Shown here: positions 56,023 through 64,000 of the stretch, one piece after another | Layout: each line of letters starts with the position of its first letter | Numbering within the stretch: the stretch's first letter is position 1 | Origin: Gonapodya sp. JEL0774 | Lineage: Eukaryota | Assembly: GCA_027604505.1 (NCBI GenBank) | Contig: JADIIX010000002.1 | Span: 62,001-126,000 of the forward strand | Length of the DNA: 64,000 bases | Reading direction: 5' to 3' | Made by a program: the position numbers and the translations under genes | Notes under the pieces: generated by a model | Told to the model about the DNA's origin: nothing | Database searches by the model: none | The model's input: only the letters and a program-made list of their open reading frames with translations

Positions 56023-58040
56023 ATGGGGAATCCAAAATCCCCGAGCAAATCAGTCGCAGCTGAAGTCCCGCCACATGTTCTTGTACGGATCCTCTCGTTG
56101 GCCGTCCCCAACAACGTAGCGTTCCCCGACAACGCGTCGCTAAACATTTTTCGGTTTGTTTCGAGAAATTGGAGGACGGCCGCACAATGGCTACTTATCA
56201 AGAGAATTAAACCCATGGGAATCGTCTGCGTTGTCGCGGAGGAACTTGATCCAAGGTGAGATTTGATCCCGGACCTTTCGTTACTCAGTTCGCGATCCTT
56301 CTACATTCCGCCGTTATACCCAGAGTATACGATAGCGAGGAGCAAAAACATATATGGACTGTTTGGCAACAGTTTCAGGACCCAACGACAGCATCTGGTC
56401 TTCAACTGCCGTCGTTTCTCCCCCCGACTCTACGATTTGGCTCCGCAGCCAATCCTCCGATCGTATTCCCGCACGGACTGCATTTACCAAATGTGTCAGG
56501 AGACCAATTTGTCAGGACGATATTGAAAACGGTGGACATCGATTCCAATGGTGGTTTCCCTCGCGGGTCCAATGCTGTGGCACCTAGTGACAACTTGGGA
56601 GACACCATGATGGTGCCGGAATTCTCCAGGGACGACAAAGTTCGTGGTCTAGTAGTGGAGGAGGTCTATCTTGTCACACGGGTGGGCGATGAGCCGAAAC
56701 CTGACAAGGGAAAGGGAACTTGGGATAGGGCCAGTCGCAATTATGGTAAGTTTTATCAAGTATCCCCGAAGATGACTTGATTTGAGATTCATCATGCCCT
56801 TTTGCCTTCAAAGAATGGAAGGAGTTGTCTCGCCTCTCTCACTCAACTCCGCCGGGCCCACACACTCCTCGAATACTAGGATCTTACCTTGGCCACTCTC
56901 GCCTGTCCTCCGCCACACCAAACACTCCAGGCTCTTCGCTTCCGAAGTCCTCAATCTCTGCTCGTGCCTGCTTCCTCGGTACTCGCTCAGATTGGGTTCT
57001 GGAGGTCAAGCACAAAGTCCAACCCAGGTCGTCTCCATTCTCTTTTCTGGCCAATGTGTCAACGAATCCTGCACCAGTGGATGATGAAGAATTTTTTCAG
57101 CGGAGTATTGAGGGTAATTCTGCAGGGGTTCTCCCCCCCACTCCAGCCGATTCGTCAAGGGATACAGTACTCGTCCGCTTTCTTGCACTTGAATGCACAT
57201 ATGGGTATTTGTGTGGTGGAGTTCGCTCCCCCGAACGCGTTGGTACCGCAATCGTCTCGCAAATGCGTGCAGCTGCCGCTTCTGATGACCTTTTGGAACG
57301 GATGATCAACACTGAACGCGCGAGGTCAGCAATCGGAGATTTACTTTCCACATCAGGAGCATCACCCAGACACTTAGTTGACCTTCTAGCGGTGCATCAC
57401 CCTTCAAAGTGCTCACACCCCGTTTTTGTTGCCCGTGTGGGGTTTCATCCACCACTCGCCCAGTCACACAGACACATTTGCGATGCCTCAGAAGTACTCC
57501 GGGAATGGCTGCAATCTGCTGGCGGATATCGTCCCGACTCACGATCGTGGGACAGAAGCTCTCCAACTGATATCGATGAATCCACCGCAAAATCTGATGA
57601 GACTTCAAAATCGCGATTGTCGCCTGTAATGGTCTCAGCAATCGCGAAGTTAGCGAAGTCTCGTATAAAGCCGCCATCAGAGGCCGAGCTAGCTTGTAAG
57701 TGGAATCGTCAATCTATGTTCAAGCTTTCCTCGCGTTACTTGATTCCTGTTTCCTCACATAATGCAAATCGGCTTTCTGGGTCTCAGAGTAGGTTGAAGG
57801 ATACTCAAATCTCTGCTGCAACATCATCTCTAACTTGAATTTCATATTAATAGTGTATTGTCAATGATCGGTGCTACTCTGGTCAAACCTCTCTCTTATG
57901 GTGGTGCCGCTTGGCTGGACATTGAGGAGGAGGAACCGGCGTCCGTTTTGGATGGCGTTGGCACCTGGCTTGGTGACGTTTTTGGTGGAGTTGCAAGCCG
58001 AAAACAGAAATTCAATGGAGCAAATGGGTCGTGGTGGTGA
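56023..58040 (+). CDS. Hypothetical protein with possible N-terminal F-box-like motif
   Basis: EVPPHVLVRILSL...FRFVSRNWRTAA resembles the F-box consensus. Four exon-sized ORFs joinable by GT-AG introns. Confidence 0.55.
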
Positions 58041-58105
58041 AGTGGCGGCTGCCACCAGAGGGGATCCGTTGCGCATAATTTTAGTTTCCGAAAATGTATT
58101 TTGAT

Positions 58106-60369
58106 TTATTCGTTACAATTCTGAGATAGGGTTCGGGAATACTTGGTTATTTCATAGCTGGCACAATGTGACCACGTACAGAGCTCACCTAGTTTTATAC
58201 TCCGGAGGTTCTGCCGGATATCTTCGAGAGGTGAAATGACTTGCTTGGGGATGTATTCGACAGGGAGTCGGAATAAAAGAACCAAGAAAACGATGAGGAA
58301 GATGGCGGCAAGGAGAAAAATATAGATCGCTGTCATATCGACTGATCAAGAGAATGAAATGTCAAATTTGTTGCTCATTTCAGACAGAAGTCGATTTTTC
58401 AGAAAACACGCCTTTCGGTTTTGGTGGGACTGTTAGAAATCGCACCGTGTTGTCAGCGGAGCCGGTGACCACAATATTCGAATCGCGGGTCCATGTCAAG
58501 CAAGTTATGGCAAAAGAATGTGCCTTTGGGAGGGTAAAGTAAGGCTGCAAGGAAAAAAACAATTCAGTGTTCGACCACGCGGGAAGCAAGGAGAGACATT
58601 TAAAGGAGGATTGGGATCATATGTTCACCTGCAACTTGTCCGTTGTAACCAAAATGATACTAAAATCTTGCATAGCCAATGCAAGCAACTTTCCATTAGG
58701 GCTGAATGAATATGGAGGGGATCGAGCCCAGCAATAGCAATCGGTTTTCGGGAACATGGTAGCGTCTCACCTCACCGCCATGTTCATCACAGGTCTTCTC
58801 GCAACTGCCGCAGTCACCTCAACCTCCCATGTTTGCGCGTCCCACCTGGACACAAAAGCTCGATCCCGAGCCTTAGAGTTAAACACAAAAAATATTTGAG
58901 GACGCCTGGTGTCTGGGTTGTAGCTACTCATCAAAAGATCCCGGAGGCAAATGTTGCAGGGTGAGTTCTTGTCGGAAGCACGCTCCCAATACTCTACTAA
59001 CCGGGCCTGCCTCAGTAGTAGTTGAAACTTCTTTCCGCCACCTCGACCACTCATCGTATCCACATTTACTCTTCTCCGTTCCGTCCAATCGGGCAACCCA
59101 CCATCCTTGTCGCTTCGGATCGCATGGTTCCCATTACTTGTGATTTCTGCCGATGCTTCGTACAGTATAGCATGATTTGCAGTAACTGCGATGACCTTCA
59201 ATGTCATATTCAGGGATATCAGTGGTACCAGAAAATATCCAATCCAGTTTTACGCTGAAAGCATCTTACCTGCTTTCCGTCTGGAGAGAAATGGGCGTCG
59301 TAAATCTCTTCGGGTCTTCTGGAACCTTCAGACGTAATTGTGAACTTGCAATGGACCTTGAAGCTCGGGTATTTGAACACTCGCAACTTGAACGAGAGCA
59401 AGTCACTGTTCCGCCTTCGGATCACAAGTATATGTTCGTGCAACACACCTCTCCGTTGGTTCCTGCGGTGAGGAGAAGTGAGCCATCCGGGCTCCATTCT
59501 GTGATTTTCTTTTTGCCGTGGTGTTTGAGAAGGTTCACTCCGGAATACACGGGGATTTCTCACCAGGTACGGCGCTTGCGAAGGTATAATGGATGAATCC
59601 TGCTCCATAGCTTCATGTTCTTGCAAATGCTCAACCCTAGTCGGAAAGAAGAGGAGTTGCGAGAAATATCATGTCAGGTATCCGTGGCAGCTCACTTCTC
59701 GTTTCCCGCGACTTTAAAAAGCCGAAGACTGTTATTTTGTCGTTCTTTGATCTTTGTCTCAGACTTGTTGATGCCCGCAACAATAAGCTTTTCCTGTAAT
59801 TACAAAAGTTCCCATGGTCAACTGAGGACGGTGCGAATTATCTCCCACGAGTACGAACCTCTTACCTTGGGATGCACGCCTAAACACATAACCGCATCTT
59901 CATCTGGAGGTAGGACTGTTTGGAAAATGTCCTCCGTGTCGAGTGTCGTGAGGTCGAGCTTGCACAAGAGCTGCAACGAACAAATTTGTCACAACGCGGA
60001 GGACCCGACTAAGAATACAGTTGCTTCCTTCCAAGAAGTCATGCAAAAACGATAGTGGAGCAGAGTCCGTCGCCATTCCCTTGTGAAATTCCCTTAATCA
60101 CTGATTTCCCCGGGGATTGCACCATGGTAAGAATTGTGAGTTTAATCAATCCCACCGATGTCAACAGTTATCCACGAACTGATCTGGCAGTCTCCAAACG
60201 GAACCTTTGATGGTAAGATCAGAAGAGAAGAACTCACAATCACGTTCTTCACACCAGTCTTCGTGGATCCACCGCCGCCCGCCACAAAGAGCCGATTTTT
60301 TGTGGCGAATCCCATTGAATACACTGGAAACTTGACGTCCTTCATTTCTGTCTTCAATTTCGAAGACAT
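58106..60369 (-). CDS. SEC12: Sar1 guanine-nucleotide exchange factor Sec12/PREB
   Basis: FPVY...AGGGGSTKTGVKN (K-loop GGGGxxxxGxxN), WD-like repeats, AHSFAITCL, VTGSADNTVR and a C-terminal TM segment IYIFLLAAIFLIVFLVLLF. Confidence 0.9.
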
Positions 60370-60481
60370 CTTTTGATGGTGCTGGGGTTCGCGATTTACC
60401 CAACATCAGGGTACGCAGCTCCGGCTAGAACTGCTGAAACGACACCCCCACCAATATTGCCGGGTTCTAAAATAACCACTG

Positions 60482-62545
60482 ATGACCACGCCGGCGAAGG
60501 ATCGCGAAATGGGACCTCCATCATTTTCGACACCTGAAGGGTCCTACGTTTTGCGAGATGATATACACTACGAGCTGTCTGCGAATCCCTTCATTGGTAC
60601 CCAGTTCCACGTTATCGCTCGAATAGAGCTGCCGGCCGCGGAAAAAGCCGCCCAGTCTCGCAGTGTGGAAGAACTACCCTCACCTGGAAAGTTTACGGAG
60701 GTGACAATATTGCCTGACACTACTGCCGGAGGTGAGCGATCATGTCAACCGCCACTTACACCGATCTTGTTCCGTTCTTCCTCATCTCCCGCTCTATAAT
60801 CGATCCTTGATATCAACCATTTGGTCTTATGGGCATCACTTTGTTCCTTTCGTTGGATGGCGCCATTCAGATAAGCTGGATCGAGGAACGATGGTGTTTT
60901 TCGCGGATTCAAAGAACTCACCTATCTCCCGACGAAAGTCGAGTCGCCTGGGAGGTCTACTTGGAGTTGGGAAAGCACCCTCAGCGAATGGGCCTCCAAC
61001 AACCATGGTTTCCCCTCCAGCTTTCAAGGACTTTGTGTCGAAAGTCATTGTCAACGACAACGTTGGTCAGATTATGACGGATGCCATGGAAAGTATATTT
61101 ATGAATGTGGGGAAGACTTTCTTGTGGGTGAATTACTCTTGCCAGCCGAAGGTATGTTGGACGCGGTGCCGGTTGGAACAGGTGTTCTTAATCCATCAAC
61201 ACCAACTCAGGACCCTCTCACGTGCCTCTACTTCAAAGACTCGTACCCCACATGTCATGATGTCAATGTGCTAACAAGAGACACTCTTGATATCGTTATT
61301 GGCAAGTGTCTCACTTTCATTTTGTCAAGAATGCGCAACTGAAAGTTTATTACTTGCCAACTTAGGCTTTAACACCGGAGACGTTATGTGGTATAGTGCT
61401 ATTACGGGTAAATACGTACGGCTTAACCGTGGAGTGCGTTGCGAATTTTCAACATCGGGTTTTTGCAAAATTTGGCTAACCTGTGTCGGAAAACGTAGGG
61501 CTCCATTATTTCGGCTGCTGTCACATGCATAAAATGGATGCCGGGCTCTGACTCAACCTTTTTTGCCGGCTATGATGATGGAACTCTCATCGTGTATGAC
61601 AAGGAGCGAGATGATGCAGAAAAGTTCACACCAAGTGGCCCCGGCGAGGAGGGCTGGGACCCATCTCAAATGTACACGCACAAATGGGAAGGGAAAAGGG
61701 AAAAATTGATCAAGCACAATCCTGTATCTTGGCACAAAATGAGCAGGAAACCCATCTCCGGTGAGTGGGAGAAGGTCCTGATGATTCTAATCACTATTCG
61801 ATGTCACAAACACTCATCTTCTTGTCAGATATTGCCTTCTCTCCGGACTGCCAACACATCGCCGTCGCATGCCTCGATGGATACCTAAAAGTTATGGAGT
61901 ATCACTCTGAGCAGCTCGTTGATACTTACAAATCGTACTTCGGCGGGTTTCTGAGCGTTGCATGGAGTCCAGATGGTAAAATGATCATTACAGGTTTGTC
62001 TACAATGTCATTGTTCTTTCGGAGCAACTACACTCAAAACGAACTCCACTTACAAGGCGGTCAAGATGATTTAATCACTATCTGGCAATTCCGTGGGCGA
62101 ATTCTAGCACGCTGTCAGGGACATTCGTCCTGGGTTACAAAGATCTCTTTTGATCCCTTCCGCTGTACTGACCGGAGTTATAGGTTCGGAAGTGTAGGGG
62201 AGGATGCACGACTTTTGCTTTGGGACTTTGGAATGCACAGCTTGACTCGACCGAGGGGTGTAAGTCGTTCGGATAAGTTCGTTGCACGTCTACACTGCCA
62301 ATGCCTTTGATATCCAGCCGAAAAGCCGACAGCGTGTCGAACCCGACAAGAAACCCATCCCAGGTGACACCTCTGGAGCCACAGTTCATCTTGCACTTCC
62401 CCGAGCGGAAGTGCCAATGATCGTCCCTACGGTATCCAAGCACGTGCATGCTGATCCAGTGTGTGGGCTTGTGTTCAGGGAGGATGCGATTGTGACCAGC
62501 TGCAGGCAGGGCTTTGTTAAAATTTGGGGAAGACCAAAGGAGTGA
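60482..62545 (+). CDS. creC: WD40 protein CreC/WDR20-like (deubiquitinase cofactor)
   Basis: [65 protein letters not shown] and YRFGSVGEDARLLLWDF. Confidence 0.92.
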
Positions 62546-62825
62546 AGGGTGTCTTGCCCACAATTGAATTTGGGGAAAGTATAGTCTTGACGCAAATAGG
62601 AGGTTGAGTAGGCGTTATGGGATTGAACACTGCAGTTATGCATTTTTGACGCTGGTACTACGTCGATATCGTGTTAGTCGTACTAAAGTTTGTGTGTCAT
62701 TGCCTCATTATAAAGCAGAGGCTTTGCTCTTGGCTAGTGATGTGCAAGTGACTTCGTTAGGTGATCGGTCAGTCGCTCAGTGCAGGCCTCACGGTAGCAA
62801 CATTGTGGGACAACGCAACCCCATC

Positions 62826-64000
62826 ATGTCTGGACGAGAAGGGGAGCCCAAGAGTGCTGAAGGAGGTGGCGGTGGTGGTCATGCAGATTTGCCTCATCGG
62901 GTCCAGCTGTCACTGTCCACATCGTCTAGTCCCCGAGATGCATCGGGTCGATTCCCTCCGCAACATCCGATCCGAGCTAAGACGCCTTCCGTGAACGCTC
63001 GATCTACTTTGCCTGGCAGTGTTCAATCGCCCCCCGGCAACCCCTCCTCTTCGTTCTTTGATCCCTCGTCACCTAGTCGACACATTGGTCTCCCCACACC
63101 ACAGACACCAAATTACCTCGGGAAACGCAAACATGACTATGCCAACTCAGAGATGAAATCTCGAGAGCGCGGACAAACCGCCTCGACGTCTGCAGGCCGT
63201 TCTCGAGACTCATCCACGATAACCACAAGTCCCAACTCGCCCCAGCAAATGCATTTCGGAAGGACCACGGCCCAGGATACACGGACCTCTGCAGCATCGC
63301 ATAGCTCTAAAACTGTGCAGCAGCAACGAAGCTCTGGTTTGTCGGCGACTGCTTCTCGGAAAAGGGAACGTAGTTCTGGAACACCTTTGCCTGCTGAGCG
63401 GGATCATTCGGCAGAACCTGATCAATCAATGATTCTCCCGGTTTCTCTGTTGAATTCTGGGGCGTACAAGGGTAGTACCGGCACCCTTTACAATGTGCTT
63501 CAGTTTAACCCGCAAACAGTCGCAGCTATGGTGAACACAATGAATGGCGATGATACAGAACGAATACGACGGGATGTTGGCGTATCATTACCCACTCCTC
63601 AAAGACTGGTCGAAGCTTATTCAGACCCAAGCGCGTGGGTTACGTCTGTTCCCAAGTTGCCAGCGGCAGGTCAGAGAGCTCCCGGTGCAGTGGGGTCAGC
63701 GGGCATCTCAAAAGGTCGTGTTACTCGACAATTCACATCTCCTTCCTCTCGAATCGAGCTCTCTTCGCAACAACATCTCCCTTTCAAAATTGGGAGACAA
63801 CAGTTGGGACCCTCGAACCCATATAGTGCCGTCCCGGATGCTGCGTCTGTTGTTCCAATTCCGGATCCCACGCTGGTCGAACTCGATCCGAGTCATGGAA
63901 TTGGTTATAAGCTTGTCTCTAATTTTGATCGAGCAATATCCACAGATGATATTGTACCCGGACCAGAACAGGAGCGATCTCTTGTGCGGGCAAAAGCAAG
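62826..64000 (+). CDS. Hypothetical Ser/Pro-rich protein (3'-partial)
   Basis: Frame from ATG 62826 (MSGREGEPKS...LGKRKH...) stays open to the window end, so it is absent from the ORF track. Contains an NLS-like KRKH. Confidence 0.7.
   Translation, partial: MSGREGEPKSAEGGGGGGHADLPHRVQLSLSTSSSPRDASGRFPPQHPIRAKTPSVNARSTLPGSVQSPPGNPSSSFFDPSSPSRHIGLPTPQTPNYLGKRKHDYANSEMKSRERGQTASTSAGRSRDSSTITTSPNSPQQMHFGRTTAQDTRTSAASHSSKTVQQQRSSGLSATASRKRERSSGTPLPAERDHSAEPDQSMILPVSLLNSGAYKGSTGTLYNVLQFNPQTVAAMVNTMNGDDTERIRRDVGVSLPTPQRLVEAYSDPSAWVTSVPKLPAAGQRAPGAVGSAGISKGRVTRQFTSPSSRIELSSQQHLPFKIGRQQLGPSNPYSAVPDAASVVPIPDPTLVELDPSHGIGYKLVSNFDRAISTDDIVPGPEQERSLVRAKA

Overview
Gene-dense, intron-rich eukaryotic DNA with mostly 45-70 nt GT-AG introns. 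It is most consistent with an early-diverging, probably flagellated (chytrid/monoblepharid-like) fungus; this is inferred from fungal-type PalB, CreC and GPI chitin deacetylase genes together with the axonemal dynein assembly factor WDR92. The ORF track shows only exon fragments, so I assembled gene models by hand; boundaries are approximate where stated. There are about 27 protein genes: ZC2HC1-like zinc finger (partial), chitin deacetylase, pirin, mitochondrial ornithine-type carrier, CRAL-TRIO protein, VPS53, a sterol desaturase/hydroxylase hidden in small exons, PalB/calpain-7, GMF, WDR92, PXMP4, EXO1, POLD2, LIP2, APC1, a MYST acetyltransferase, SCOC, ARM/BTB and F-box-like proteins, SEC12, CreC/WDR20 and several hypotheticals. 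The most novel-looking element is a tandem pair of paralogous genes (49.3-51.8 kb). Each encodes a signal peptide, a small CX5C...CX4-5C cysteine head, a Pro/Ser/Thr stalk and a GPI-type tail. I saw no rRNA, tRNA, CRISPR array or transposon.
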